Of a stretch of 64,000 nt of DNA, positions 1 to 10,142 are shown piece after piece; within the stretch, counting starts at the first letter, position 1, and the number at the start of each line of letters is the position of its first letter. Position numbers and translations under genes: made by a program. This DNA comes from a virus: IMG/VR virus record IMGVR_UViG_3300002144_000072, positions 1 to 64,000 of that record; one strand, given 5' to 3'. The notes under the pieces are model-generated. The model made no database searches. It saw only the letters and a list, made by a program, of their open reading frames with translations, and was not told the DNA's origin.

Positions 1-855
1 AAGATTGTTGGTGATGTTTATACCTCTGTTCTAAGAACAAGCGAAACAAAGATTGCACTTGGTGAAAATGCAGGTCTTACAACTCAAGGCGTCTATGCAG
101 TAGCAGTTGGAACAGATGCAGGTAAAACAACTCAAGGCACAGAAGCAGTAGCAATCGGTAATGATGCAGGTAACACAACTCAAGGCGCAGGTGCAGTGGC
201 AGTTGGTGGTTCGGCAGGCTACACAGGTCAAGGTGAATTTGCAGTAGCAGTTGGTAATGATGCAGGTAACACAACTCAAGGCTATGGTGCTACAGCAGTA
301 GGTAACTCCTCAGGTAGTAATACACAAGGCAATTTTGCAGTAGCAATTGGCTTTAATGCTGGAACTACATCGCAAGGCATAAGTGCAGTAGCAATTGGTG
401 ATACAGCAGGTAAAACTAATCAAGGTGAAGACTCAATAGCAATTGGTAAAGAAGCAGGTGAAACTAACCAAGCGGCAAACTCAATTGTACTTAACGCAAC
501 TGGCGCTGCGGTAGAAAATACAACAGCAAGTAGTTTAGTAATTAAACCAATTAGAGGTGCTGATGGTACATCTATATTACAATACAATTCTACCTCAGGC
601 GAGGTGACATATAGTTCTGCACTGGGATCAGTAAGTGGTACATTTACTGGTAATATTTTTACTACATTAATTGACAGTTCAGACAGTTCAGCAATTACTA
701 TTACTCCTGCTGTGTTTTTTAGCAGTGATATTATTGCGGAGAACGAAATAACAATTCAAGGCAGTAGAGTTATTAATCTAGCTGGATTAAAATCAGTGGT
801 AGCGGCAAGTACAGACTTTGCAGACTTCCAGATTAGAATTGCGGCATTGGTATAA
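1..855 (+). CDS. Tail fibre/adhesin protein with YadA-head-like 14-aa repeats (5'-truncated)
   Basis: Frame is open from base 1 (KIVGDVYTS...). About ten AVAIG-x-x-AG-x-T-x-QG repeats, typical of trimeric beta-roll adhesin heads. Confidence 0.75.
   Translation, partial: KIVGDVYTSVLRTSETKIALGENAGLTTQGVYAVAVGTDAGKTTQGTEAVAIGNDAGNTTQGAGAVAVGGSAGYTGQGEFAVAVGNDAGNTTQGYGATAVGNSSGSNTQGNFAVAIGFNAGTTSQGISAVAIGDTAGKTNQGEDSIAIGKEAGETNQAANSIVLNATGAAVENTTASSLVIKPIRGADGTSILQYNSTSGEVTYSSALGSVSGTFTGNIFTTLIDSSDSSAITITPAVFFSSDIIAENEITIQGSRVINLAGLKSVVAASTDFADFQIRIAALV
52..480 (+). repeat. Degenerate 42-nt coding tandem repeat
   Basis: Recurrent gcagtagca(a/g)ttggt...gcaggt...actcaagg units at 42-nt period. 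Confidence 0.85.
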
Positions 856-867
856 TTGGAGCGATAA

Positions 868-1092
868 ATGACACAACAAACAATCAACGTAGGCGCTTCG
901 GCAAATGACAAACAAGGTGATAGCCTACGTGCTGCCTTTACCAAAGTTAATGCAAATTTTACAGAACTATATGCTACAACATATACACCAACTACAGCAG
1001 GCGACTGGGCAGGAACTGCACCAACTACTGTAGGAGCAGCATTGGACAGATTAGCTGCCGCGGTTAAAGCGATAGATAGTACTGGTGCATAA
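868..1092 (+). CDS. Small virion protein with T4 gp9/gp10-like N-terminal motif
   Basis: QTINVG..ND..GDSLRAAFTKVNANFTEL. Confidence 0.65.
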   Translation: MTQQTINVGASANDKQGDSLRAAFTKVNANFTELYATTYTPTTAGDWAGTAPTTVGAALDRLAAAVKAIDSTGA

Positions 1093-1119
1093 CGGTAAAT
1101 ATACTAAAGAGAGCGCATA

Positions 1120-1695
1120 ATGACAGTACAAACAATTAATATCGGAAATGTAGTAAACGATGGCCTAGGTGATGATCTACGCACCGCCTTTCAAAAGGTT
1201 AACGCTAACTTTACATCATTGAGTACAGAATTAACCATTACAGCATCAAACGTAGGTATAACAGGATACGGAGTTTTTAAACAAAAAACTGGTGCTAATT
1301 TAGAATTCAAAACACTAGTGTCTGGTACTAAAATGTTGTTAGACGACACAAGTGACGCTATCATCTTTAATAATACTTCTCCGGATGCTTTTATTAGAAT
1401 TGACACAGATTCCGGTAGCATGTTAGCCAGCACACATCAACAGATCACATTTGGTGGTACTGCTGCTCCTGGTTCGGTGACTAGCAGAAAAGATATAGAA
1501 GTCACAACAACTGGTTCGACTGTTTCTTTTAAAACTATCATTCCAGTCACAGATATTCTAACATCGTATGATTTCGGTACCATTACCGGCGACTACGATA
1601 ATGCAATGCAAGTATTGTATCAATCATCAAACATAGACTTTGGCACCATAACTCTTCCAGGAAGACTAGCTCTAGACTGTGGTTCCATATTGTAA
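1120..1695 (+). CDS. Baseplate/fibre protein with gp9/gp10-like N-terminus
   Basis: QTINIG..NDGLGDDLRTAFQKVNANF; N-terminus paralogous to 868..1092. Confidence 0.65.
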   Translation: MTVQTINIGNVVNDGLGDDLRTAFQKVNANFTSLSTELTITASNVGITGYGVFKQKTGANLEFKTLVSGTKMLLDDTSDAIIFNNTSPDAFIRIDTDSGSMLASTHQQITFGGTAAPGSVTSRKDIEVTTTGSTVSFKTIIPVTDILTSYDFGTITGDYDNAMQVLYQSSNIDFGTITLPGRLALDCGSIL

Positions 1696-1707
1696 GGAGA
1701 TGTCCAG

Positions 1708-4173
1708 ATGATAACCTGGATAACACCAGCCGGAGACCTAGGACTACTAACTGAACGCATTTCAGTAGACGTTCCGTTGTCTGCAACTTCTAACGTCGGA
1801 GCAATAACATTTAGTTTGCTAGCAGGATCTCTTCCGAGAGGGTTGCGGTTATCAAACGGATCAATTATTGGCTCTCCCGTGGAAGTAAAAATTTACACAG
1901 AAAGCAAGTTTGTCATACGTGCCAGTGATGGTAGTGATGTAGAGGATAGAACATTTACTCTAGGAGTCGACGGCGCTGATGCACCATTATGGCTAACTAG
2001 AGAAGGGTTCCTTAATGTAGGTGCTGGCGATAACTATTTCGTTCTAGATAATGCCTATGTTGAATTTCAAGTGACTGCCACAGATACAGATCTAACCGCA
2101 GGAGATTTGTTGATCTATTATCTAGTGCCAAACGGCGGACTTCTTCCTCCGGGCTTGTCATTAAGCAACACTGGAGTAATTTCCGGATTCACTGATCCTA
2201 TTTTTGCGCTAGAGTATTCAACAGACACTTCCGGCGGGTATGATACTACACCGCTTGATATTATTCCTTTAGACTATCTCGAAGCACGCTCTAATGGTTT
2301 TGATACATTTTACTATGATACCGAAACATTCGATTACAATGAGCCTAATAGAACTCCAAGACGTTTGAGTAGAATTTACAACTTTGTAGTTGGCGTGACT
2401 GATGGAATTTACACCGAGAATAGACTTTTTAAGATCTATGTCGTCACTGAAGAATTTTTGCAAGCAGACAATAGTATTGTACAAGTAGATACAAATCTGT
2501 TCCAAGCTGACGCCTCAAGTAGCAGAACGCCTATTTGGATCACTGAAAGCAATCTAGGAAGATTCCGTGCTAACAACTATGTGACTATATTTTTAGATGT
2601 GTACGATCCTCCTAGTTTAGAAGGAACTATAACCTATTTCCTACTGCCATTAAATCCAGACACTAGTGCAAGCGAATTGCCTCCAGGAATGGAGTTAGAC
2701 AGCATCACTGGGGAAGTTGCAGGAAATGTTCCCTATCAAGCAAGAGTGTCTAAAACATACTCATTTACTCTGCGGGCTGTGAACTTTCCTGCAACGCTGG
2801 CATATACTACATATACTCTACGTGGCGACTGGAATGCATCAATTGCGTATGCTGTAAATGATGCAGTTATATATCTCGGTTTACTCTATATCTGTAATGT
2901 GAGCAATAGAAATGTATCGCCTACAGATACTGCATATTGGATTGCAGGTACTTCGTCTGCTGATAAAACATTCTCAGTTGAGATTGTTGGTGAGATCGAA
3001 AGTGCTGTAAGTTGGATTTCCGTAAGCGATCTAGGAACTATCAAACCTAATCAACCAAGTAAACTATATGTTGAGGCAGAAACTCTATTATATGGCGGTA
3101 GAGTAGGTTATGAATTCGTCAGCGGAGAATTGCCTCCAGGCCTTGAATTCCTACCAACTGGTAGCATACAAGGAAAAGTAAAGCAGTTTGCGGACAATGC
3201 AGGTCCTGGACTTACAAGATTTTTTGAAAGAACTGACAGCGCAGAAGATAGTTCTACTGCTTCTAGAGATTTTACTTCTACATACGATAGTGAAACCACA
3301 ACATACGACAAAAAGTTTACGTTTACAATTAAAGCCCGAGATAGTGTAAACTTTGCTGTATTGAATAAAATATTTACTATAACTGTTGTGTCTGAGCAGA
3401 CTAAAACATTTGCTAACTTATACCTTAAAGCCTTCCAAATAAAAAGTAAAAGACTAGAATGGTATAACTTTATTACCGATGCTACAATCTTTAAAAATTC
3501 AGAACTATATAGATACGGTGACATCAACTTCGGTATACAAACTGCTCTTAAGGTATTAGTATATGCCGGAATTGAAAGCACGGCGGCTGTAAATTATGTA
3601 CAGGCTATGAGCAGGAATCATTATAATAAGCGTCTAAAACTCGGAGACGTGTTATCTGCTAAAGCTAAAGATCTTACAACACAAGAAGTAATATACGAAA
3701 TAATATATGTAAATATCATCGACGATCTTGAAAAAAATGGTAAAAGCATTAGCAGCACTGTAGAATTAAGAAATGATATAAGCAGTAAGGTACTAATCAG
3801 CTATGATGCAATTAAAGTAGATAGCAATATACCGTTTGTAAGCGACAGCGATCATCAAAGAATATTCCCAAATAGTATAAAGAATATGCGAACCCAAATA
3901 GAAACAGTAGGCGACAGAGATCGTGAATTTTTGCCGCAATGGATGCGTAGTATTCAAGATTCTGCTTCATACGAGCTAGGATTTACCAAAGCTCTGCCCC
4001 TGTGCTACTGCTTGCCGGGTAAATCTGCAGGGATTATTTCTAGGATAAAGGCCTCTGGATTTGATTTTAAATCACTTGACTTCTTAGCAGATAGATATAT
4101 AATAGATATTATAGACGGCGAAATAGAGGATAAATACCTTGCGTTTCCACAACGGAGAGAAAAATTACCATGA
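1708..4173 (+). CDS. Large baseplate-type structural protein with Ig-like repeats
   Basis: Repeated G.LP.GL.L...G.I.G putative-Ig motifs; structural gene context. Confidence 0.65.
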   Translation: MITWITPAGDLGLLTERISVDVPLSATSNVGAITFSLLAGSLPRGLRLSNGSIIGSPVEVKIYTESKFVIRASDGSDVEDRTFTLGVDGADAPLWLTREGFLNVGAGDNYFVLDNAYVEFQVTATDTDLTAGDLLIYYLVPNGGLLPPGLSLSNTGVISGFTDPIFALEYSTDTSGGYDTTPLDIIPLDYLEARSNGFDTFYYDTETFDYNEPNRTPRRLSRIYNFVVGVTDGIYTENRLFKIYVVTEEFLQADNSIVQVDTNLFQADASSSRTPIWITESNLGRFRANNYVTIFLDVYDPPSLEGTITYFLLPLNPDTSASELPPGMELDSITGEVAGNVPYQARVSKTYSFTLRAVNFPATLAYTTYTLRGDWNASIAYAVNDAVIYLGLLYICNVSNRNVSPTDTAYWIAGTSSADKTFSVEIVGEIESAVSWISVSDLGTIKPNQPSKLYVEAETLLYGGRVGYEFVSGELPPGLEFLPTGSIQGKVKQFADNAGPGLTRFFERTDSAEDSSTASRDFTSTYDSETTTYDKKFTFTIKARDSVNFAVLNKIFTITVVSEQTKTFANLYLKAFQIKSKRLEWYNFITDATIFKNSELYRYGDINFGIQTALKVLVYAGIESTAAVNYVQAMSRNHYNKRLKLGDVLSAKAKDLTTQEVIYEIIYVNIIDDLEKNGKSISSTVELRNDISSKVLISYDAIKVDSNIPFVSDSDHQRIFPNSIKNMRTQIETVGDRDREFLPQWMRSIQDSASYELGFTKALPLCYCLPGKSAGIISRIKASGFDFKSLDFLADRYIIDIIDGEIEDKYLAFPQRREKLP

Positions 4174-4742
4174 CAAGCAACATTAATTCCGCAGCAATCA
4201 ACGAAAACTTTCCTGTAGCTGGACAGGACAACGATACACAAGTCTTCCGAGACAATTTTGATACAATCAAAACAAACTTTTCAGCAGCAAAAACTGAGAT
4301 TGAAGACCTGCAGGACAACGTAGTAAGAACAGATGTGGACAACGACCTAAACGGCAATCTTATCCATAATGCTACTTTACAAAATAACAGAGAAGTCTTA
4401 AATCCTGCACAGTCATTTGAAGTAGCGCAAGTGACATACACGCTAGACTTTGAGAATGGCGGCTACCAAGTGTTTACATTTGCTTCTGCTGCATTTACAT
4501 TTGATTTCTTAGGATTTCCTGCGGTAGGAACAGCAGTTGGCAAAATGACAATTGAACTATATAGTAGTACTTCAACCACTGTATCTTTCTCATTGTCCGG
4601 TAGTGGTGCTACTGCTGTTAAAACTAATGCAGATTATCCAGGAACACTAACAGTTGCTTCCGATGCTAACCCGATTATTTTAGAAATTTGGCGCCACAGC
4701 GAAGATAATTTCTTTATAAACTACCTAGGTACATTTAGCTAA
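4170..4742 (+). CDS. Virion structural protein
   Basis: NFPVAGQDNDTQVFRDNF N-terminus; upstream TAAATA motif; context. Confidence 0.5.
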   Translation: MTSNINSAAINENFPVAGQDNDTQVFRDNFDTIKTNFSAAKTEIEDLQDNVVRTDVDNDLNGNLIHNATLQNNREVLNPAQSFEVAQVTYTLDFENGGYQVFTFASAAFTFDFLGFPAVGTAVGKMTIELYSSTSTTVSFSLSGSGATAVKTNADYPGTLTVASDANPIILEIWRHSEDNFFINYLGTFS

Positions 4743-4972
4743 TGTTCCATCCACTTGAAGAAGATCTGTCCAATCTCAAAGACCAAGAGGTTGAGCAGAA
4801 GCTTCTAGAATTAACCAAAAAATATCACACAGTTGCACGTTTAGGCAACCAAGATCTCTTGACACAACTATCAACATTTGTTATAATATACAGAGAGGAG
4901 ATGTCTAAAAGACATACTCGTAGACTGAAAGATACAGATAGTGATATGGGTCAATTGATTAATGTGGACTAA
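4742..4972 (+). CDS. Hypothetical protein
   Basis: ORF translationally coupled to both neighbours. Confidence 0.55.
   Translation: MFHPLEEDLSNLKDQEVEQKLLELTKKYHTVARLGNQDLLTQLSTFVIIYREEMSKRHTRRLKDTDSDMGQLINVD
4859..4887 (+). promoter_or_regulatory. Sigma70-type promoter TTGACA-17-TATAAT
   Basis: Perfect consensus inside the upstream ORF, ahead of 4962. Confidence 0.75.
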
Positions 4973-5423
4973 TACAACAGAGCAGCTAATACAAGGTGTC
5001 ATAAAACATGGCCCTCAGATTCTTTCTGAATGTGTTTCTGCAGATGATTTAAGTCAATACATCAATCGACTACATGACGAGCATCTAAACTATCCAATCC
5101 CCAAAACTAAAATCAATCCAAGCAACTGGTTTATTCCAGACGAATATAAAAACATGGATATCGAAGAGTTAGTAGTCCAGGTATGTCCGGAAGAAAATTA
5201 TAATAGGATAATTACTGAGTTAGAGCTTTTTCGTAAAAACAATATGATTCCAGTGCTGTTAGCAATGAAATTTGTAGTAGATACCCTTAGAGCTAATAAC
5301 ATAGTTTGGGGTGTGGGCAGAGGTAGTAGTGTAGCAAGTTATGTGTTATACTTGATTGGTGTACACAAGGTAGACAGTGTTAAATACAATTTACCAATAG
5401 AAGAATTCTTTAAGGAGAAATAA
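4962..5423 (+). CDS. DNA polymerase III alpha (DnaE)-like fragment
   Basis: WGVGRGSSVASYVLYLIGVHKVDSVKYNLPIEEFF matches DnaE GPGRGSAAGSLVAY.LGIT..DP..Y.LLFERF. The ORF stops before the catalytic PDxDxD. Confidence 0.75.
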   Translation: MWTNTTEQLIQGVIKHGPQILSECVSADDLSQYINRLHDEHLNYPIPKTKINPSNWFIPDEYKNMDIEELVVQVCPEENYNRIITELELFRKNNMIPVLLAMKFVVDTLRANNIVWGVGRGSSVASYVLYLIGVHKVDSVKYNLPIEEFFKEK

Positions 5424-5424
5424 A

Positions 5425-5652
5425 ATGGGAAGAACATACACAAGTGTTAGAGGAAAAGAGATCGATATGGAGAAACTATTTCTCCGTAATGAACAAACTC
5501 CAGCAGTAGGCAACATGAGAGTTAATGCTCGTGGTGACGAAATTGGCGAAGGCGGAAAAGTCACTCGTACTAGAGAACAAGTTCTGCAAGATTTTTATGC
5601 AATCAATCCAGCCGCTTCAAAAGAAGAAGTTGTTTCACGCAAGAAAGGTTAA
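5425..5652 (+). CDS. Hypothetical protein
   Basis: Good SD (AAGGAG); TAAATA at 5381. Confidence 0.6.
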   Translation: MGRTYTSVRGKEIDMEKLFLRNEQTPAVGNMRVNARGDEIGEGGKVTRTREQVLQDFYAINPAASKEEVVSRKKG

Positions 5653-5654
5653 TT

Positions 5655-6077
5655 ATGAGTTTTGCATTTGAAGCTAAAAAAGTTAAAATCCGTGCCATGT
5701 CCAAGGATGTCCTTGTTATTAATATGGATATGGGTGAACAACTTACCAAAGGTGGTATTATCGTTGGCAGTGATGACGGTAAAGCACACGGAGTTAAACC
5801 TCGTTGGGCTGAAGTTTATAAAGTTGGCAGTGAGTGCGGAATTGATGTTAAGGTAGGGCAATGGGTATTAATTGAGCACGGTCGGTGGACTCGTAAGATT
5901 AAGATCGATGACGGCGATGGTGAGAAAGAGTTTCAAAAAGTAGAAATAAAATCTATCATAATTGTTGCCGACGAAAAGCCCAATGACTTTTATATCGGAA
6001 AAGAATACACTCACGGTAGCAGTATGGATATTAATCCAGAAGACTTCATGCCAGGCAACTTATCTAAAACAGGGTAA
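5655..6077 (+). CDS. GroES/Cpn10-like co-chaperonin
   Basis: TKGGII mobile-loop motif, then AEVYKVG and VKVGQWVL. Confidence 0.65.
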   Translation: MSFAFEAKKVKIRAMSKDVLVINMDMGEQLTKGGIIVGSDDGKAHGVKPRWAEVYKVGSECGIDVKVGQWVLIEHGRWTRKIKIDDGDGEKEFQKVEIKSIIIVADEKPNDFYIGKEYTHGSSMDINPEDFMPGNLSKTG

Positions 6078-6316
6078 TGGGTTTTAAAAAAGGCTGGGAC
6101 ATTCCTGAGATCATTTCTCAGATACATTCACTTGCTAGAGAATGTTCCAGTCCGCACAACGATGGATTTACTGCATTTGAATGTAAGAAAGATCTATATC
6201 AAATTCAGTCCATTATTAACGATACCTTAAAACGAGCACCTTCCTTCGGAAATGATGAAGAAGAGTGGTTGACAAAACAAGAACAACAGCGTATACTTAA
6301 GATATTAAAGTCTTAA
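6077..6316 (+). CDS. Hypothetical protein
   Basis: Coupled ORF. Confidence 0.55.
   Translation: MGFKKGWDIPEIISQIHSLARECSSPHNDGFTAFECKKDLYQIQSIINDTLKRAPSFGNDEEEWLTKQEQQRILKILKS
6269..6297 (+). promoter_or_regulatory. Sigma70-type promoter TTGACA-17-TATACT
   Basis: Near-consensus, ahead of the SD of 6327. Confidence 0.65.
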
Positions 6317-6326
6317 GGAGATACGA

Positions 6327-6692
6327 ATGACAAATCCATTTCGCGATCAAGCGAAGTTTATGACTGCCTGCGGTCAATCTGTAAGCGAAATCAATAATGC
6401 TCAATACGCAATGTATTTGGATCTAATTGATGAAGAGCGCGAAGAACTAAAAGAAGCTATTGTTGCAAGCGACCGTGTAGAACAATTAGATGCATTAATT
6501 GACATTCTAGTTGTGACTGTTGGAGCAATTCATTCAGGCGGATTCGATGCCGAAGCGGCATGGAACGAAGTAATGAAAACTAACTTTGCTAAAGTAGATC
6601 CGGAAACTGGACTAGTACGTAAACGTGAAGATGGTAAAGTTCTTAAGCCCGAAGGTTGGACTGCTCCTGAACTATCACCATTTGTAAAATGA
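6327..6692 (+). CDS. MazG-like/PRA-PH all-alpha NTP pyrophosphohydrolase
   Basis: LIDEEREEL, EQLDALID, NFAK..REDGKVLKP.GW motifs. Confidence 0.8.
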   Translation: MTNPFRDQAKFMTACGQSVSEINNAQYAMYLDLIDEEREELKEAIVASDRVEQLDALIDILVVTVGAIHSGGFDAEAAWNEVMKTNFAKVDPETGLVRKREDGKVLKPEGWTAPELSPFVK

Positions 6693-7111
6693 AAGTAGGA
6701 TTTACTGCATCAACTTTTGATTTACTTCATGCCGGGCATGTACAAATGCTGCGTGAAGCAAAAGAGCAGTGCGACTATCTTATCTGCGGATTACAAGTAG
6801 ATCCGTCCGTTGATCGTGCAAATAAAAATGCTCCTATACAAACTATTGTTGAACGTTATACACAACTTAAAGCAGTAGGATATGTAGATGAAATTATTCC
6901 GTATGGTACTGAACAAGATCTAGAAGATATCTTGACAATGTATCATATTGATGTTAGAATATTAGGAGAGGAGTATAGAGATAAAGATTTTACTGGTAAA
7001 GACATTTGCCGTAAACGAGATATCGAACTATACTTCAATAAACGAGATCATAGATTTAGTTCAAGTGATTTACGTAAACGAGTGGCAGGAAGAGAGCAAG
7101 CTATTGATTGA
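6689..7111 (+). CDS. TagD-like (glycerol-3-phosphate) cytidylyltransferase
   Basis: FDLLHAGH (HxGH), ER..L.AV.YVDE, FSSS.LR. Confidence 0.85.
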   Translation: MKVGFTASTFDLLHAGHVQMLREAKEQCDYLICGLQVDPSVDRANKNAPIQTIVERYTQLKAVGYVDEIIPYGTEQDLEDILTMYHIDVRILGEEYRDKDFTGKDICRKRDIELYFNKRDHRFSSSDLRKRVAGREQAID

Positions 7112-7292
7112 AAGTGAACGCAAGAAAAAAGCAGCAGAGGCTGCGGGAAAACTAGCGAATGAGGTAAGCGCATACTTTGAAAATGGCGGTACCGTGACAA
7201 CATACCCTAAGTACAAACGAAGCGAAGTCGTAGAGTACAAAAGAAAATGGGGTGCAGCAAAAGGAAAGAAGAAAAATGTCGAAACAAAATGA
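7104..7292 (+). CDS. Small basic protein with SutA-like motif (start uncertain, TTG)
   Basis: AYFENGGTVT motif, also seen in 36369..36557. Confidence 0.45.
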   Translation: MIESERKKKAAEAAGKLANEVSAYFENGGTVTTYPKYKRSEVVEYKRKWGAAKGKKKNVETK

Positions 7293-7467
7293 TGGACCAT
7301 TTACACAAGCATTTGAAAGCGATCTTTCAGGTGTAGTACGTAGAGAAATTACAACTTATCGATATCGTAGTGATGTGTTGATTAAAGAAACTGCAACACG
7401 CACATATCAGCAATCAGGCGATTATAATGATACAACATCGTCAATACCATTACCGGAGTTAAAATAA
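7252..7467 (+). CDS. Hypothetical protein (start probably MSKQ)
   Basis: Packed ORF in operon. Confidence 0.5.
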   Translation: MQQKERRKMSKQNDGPFTQAFESDLSGVVRREITTYRYRSDVLIKETATRTYQQSGDYNDTTSSIPLPELK

Positions 7468-7468
7468 C

Positions 7469-7672
7469 ATGCCTATTCCAGAAAAAGTATTTGTACCTGC
7501 GGCAAAAGATCCAAGCCGTGGCCATTTTTATGTCAGTCTTGTAAAGAGTGCTCTACGTATTGTAGCAGGTGTAGCATTTGCCGGAACAGCATTTGGTTGG
7601 GGCTCTGTATTTGCAGGTGGATGTTTGCTTATCCTAGCAGAACTGTTGGGAATTTTAGAGGAAGTAGTATAA
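7469..7672 (+). CDS. Small membrane protein
   Basis: Two hydrophobic segments. Confidence 0.55.
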   Translation: MPIPEKVFVPAAKDPSRGHFYVSLVKSALRIVAGVAFAGTAFGWGSVFAGGCLLILAELLGILEEVV

Positions 7673-7914
7673 TGGTATACAAAACTGTTTACACAGAAGT
7701 TGAAGTCGAGGTTGATATTAGCGACTTTGACACAGAAGACTTGTTAGACGAACTAGAATCACGCGGCGAGAAGCATATTGAAATTGCACCAATTTCGCGA
7801 TATGAAGCAGCATTTTTAAGAAGTTTGCTTGATCAAGCTCGTGCAACTGGTATAACAAATCCACCAGGTGTTAGCCTGTGGGATCTAGATGAGAAAATTA
7901 AGGAACTAACATGA
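7672..7914 (+). CDS. Hypothetical protein
   Basis: TAATG coupling places the start at 7672. Confidence 0.55.
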   Translation: MVYKTVYTEVEVEVDISDFDTEDLLDELESRGEKHIEIAPISRYEAAFLRSLLDQARATGITNPPGVSLWDLDEKIKELT

Positions 7915-8828
7915 AAGAACTATGGGTAGAGAAATACCGTCCTAAGAAGGTCGACGGATATGTGTTTAGAGATGCACATCAACGTAAACAAGTTGAAACT
8001 TGGATCAAAGATCAAAGCATTCCGCATCTGTTGTTAAGCGGAAGTGCAGGTATCGGTAAGACTACCCTTGCTAAAGTTCTTATTCAAGAACTAGGTATTG
8101 AAGATTTTGATTTACTAGAAATCAATGCGTCACGTACTAACAGTGTTGAAGATGTCCGTGATAAGATTACAAACTTCGTACAGATGATTCCGTTTGGTCC
8201 ATTTAAAGTTGTGCTACTTGACGAGGCTGATTACTTGAGTCCTAACGCACAGGCAGCGTTGCGTGGAGTTATGGAAGAGTATCATGCAACTTCGAGATTC
8301 ATTCTTACATGCAACTATCCTAACAGGATTATTCCAGCAATCCATAGTCGATGTCAAGGGTTCCACGTTGAACGAACTGATCATAATGAATTCACTGCCC
8401 GTGTTGCTACTATTCTTGTTGAAGAAAACATAGAGTTTGATCTTGATACACTTGACAACTATGTTAAAGTGACATATCCAGATCTCCGTAAGTGCATTAA
8501 CCTTGTGCAACAAAATGTCAATGAAGGCGTACTTGCGGCACCTAGCAAAGGTGATCAGGGTGCAGCTGACTGGAAGTTTGACATGGTCATGCTGTTTAAG
8601 GCAGGCAAAATTACAGAAGCACGTAAAATGCTATGTGGTAAAATTCGTGCAGAAGAAATGGAAGAAGTTTATCGTTGGTTGTATGACAACATCGAAATCT
8701 TCGGTACTGATGACAATCAAGATAAAGCTATACTTGTTATCAAGCAGGGCCTTGTAGATCATACAATTTGTGCAGATCCGGAAATCAACTTAGCAGCAAC
8801 ATTAGTGAGGTTAGCAAAACTTCTATGA
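7911..8828 (+). CDS. Clamp loader ATPase subunit (RFC small/T4 gp44-like)
   Basis: LWVEKYRP, Walker [18 protein letters not shown] motif. Confidence 0.93.
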   Translation: MKELWVEKYRPKKVDGYVFRDAHQRKQVETWIKDQSIPHLLLSGSAGIGKTTLAKVLIQELGIEDFDLLEINASRTNSVEDVRDKITNFVQMIPFGPFKVVLLDEADYLSPNAQAALRGVMEEYHATSRFILTCNYPNRIIPAIHSRCQGFHVERTDHNEFTARVATILVEENIEFDLDTLDNYVKVTYPDLRKCINLVQQNVNEGVLAAPSKGDQGAADWKFDMVMLFKAGKITEARKMLCGKIRAEEMEEVYRWLYDNIEIFGTDDNQDKAILVIKQGLVDHTICADPEINLAATLVRLAKLL

Positions 8829-9148
8829 CATATCTAGTCACTGATAATTGTATTAAGTGTAAACATACAGACTGTGTTAGTGTTTGTCCTGTAGACTGTT
8901 TCCACGAAGGTCCTAACTTCTTAGTAATTAATCCCGACGAGTGTATTGATTGCGGTGTATGTGTTCCTGAATGTCCGGTTGGGGCTATTGTAGCCGATAA
9001 CGATGCTAATACTGATATTGCTTTTTGGTTAGATATTAATACTAGACTAAGCAATAAATGGCCTGTTATTACTCAACAAAAAGATGCATTGCCTAACGCG
9101 GCAGAGTGGGATGGGGTACCTAACAAAATTAAACTTCTTGAAGAATGA
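8825..9148 (+). CDS. fdxA: 7Fe ferredoxin (FdxA type)
   Basis: [18 protein letters not shown]...[13 protein letters not shown]; ATGA overlap gives the start at 8825. Confidence 0.92.
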   Translation: MTYLVTDNCIKCKHTDCVSVCPVDCFHEGPNFLVINPDECIDCGVCVPECPVGAIVADNDANTDIAFWLDINTRLSNKWPVITQQKDALPNAAEWDGVPNKIKLLEE

Positions 9149-9618
9149 CCGATAAGAAAAAGTCTAATCTAGCCAAGGGACGACACAGCTTTGATGCCGA
9201 CGTTGGTGGTACGCTAATTCCATTTTTTAATAGGAATGTATCTAAATATCCCACCGAAGCAGGCGGCCCTAACTTTGACCTAGTCCCTGTGACTAAGCAG
9301 AAAGATCTAATGATCAATCATGCTAGGATGTATGCCCAGCAAGAATATGATCGTATCATGGAACTTGTTAGTGTATTAGAAAAGCAGGCTGCACAGATTA
9401 AACGTAGATTGGATATTACAGATGCAGTACATGCTGCTGAATATGAATTTCAGCCTGTGATGGGTAAAGAGTACTGGTTGGTTTGGGATACTCGCAAAGA
9501 AAAGATGAGGCTAGTACTAGGAGGTCCTACTGATTGGTCTAGTAGTCCCCCTGATTGGTACGACTATCAAACACAAGTAAAATATATGGGCGACCACACA
9601 TGGTTGGAAATAGAATGA
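9145..9618 (+). CDS. Hypothetical protein (DUF2452-like)
   Basis: Coiled coil followed by A.Y.FQPV.G..Y.L, recalled as DUF2452. Confidence 0.5.
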   Translation: MTDKKKSNLAKGRHSFDADVGGTLIPFFNRNVSKYPTEAGGPNFDLVPVTKQKDLMINHARMYAQQEYDRIMELVSVLEKQAAQIKRRLDITDAVHAAEYEFQPVMGKEYWLVWDTRKEKMRLVLGGPTDWSSSPPDWYDYQTQVKYMGDHTWLEIE

Positions 9619-10142
9619 AAGAAAAGTTTGTAAAATTATATATGGACTGGGCAGGACGTACTGCCGAACTCAGTCATGCTGAGAGACTACAAGTAGGCGC
9701 TGTTATCGTCAAAGATGATACTGTAATCAGCTACGGCTACAATGGTATGCCTGCAGGCTGGGACAACAATTGTGAAAATGTAGAATGGTGCAGTGCAGGT
9801 GGGTGGCTTGATCCTGAAGAGATCGAAACAGGTTGGCCATTCGAAGGTACTTACTTAGATGCTGATGGTAATGAAATGCAAGGCCGGTATCGACTAAAAA
9901 CTAAACCTGAGGTGCTTCATGCGGAAAGCAATGCGATTGCAAAATTGGCTAAGTCTACTAACAGTGGTTTGGGTGCTAGCATGTTTATTACCCATGCTCC
10001 ATGTTTGGACTGTGCCAAACTTATATACCAAAGTGGTATTAGCAGTGTTCTATATAGGAACGCTTATAGGGATACTAGTGGTATTGCGTTTTTGCAAAAG
10101 TCCGGAGTGAATGTAAAACAATTCGGAGAAGAAGAAGAATGA
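9615..10142 (+). CDS. dCMP deaminase
   Basis: QVGAVIV, GYNG, HAESNAI, PCLDC zinc motifs. Confidence 0.92.
   Translation: MKEKFVKLYMDWAGRTAELSHAERLQVGAVIVKDDTVISYGYNGMPAGWDNNCENVEWCSAGGWLDPEEIETGWPFEGTYLDADGNEMQGRYRLKTKPEVLHAESNAIAKLAKSTNSGLGASMFITHAPCLDCAKLIYQSGISSVLYRNAYRDTSGIAFLQKSGVNVKQFGEEEE

Noticed and set aside
31-279. Cys-rich repetitive minus-strand ORFs
   Set aside because: Antisense shadow of the 42-nt adhesin repeats (GCA/ACA codons read as TGC/TGT).
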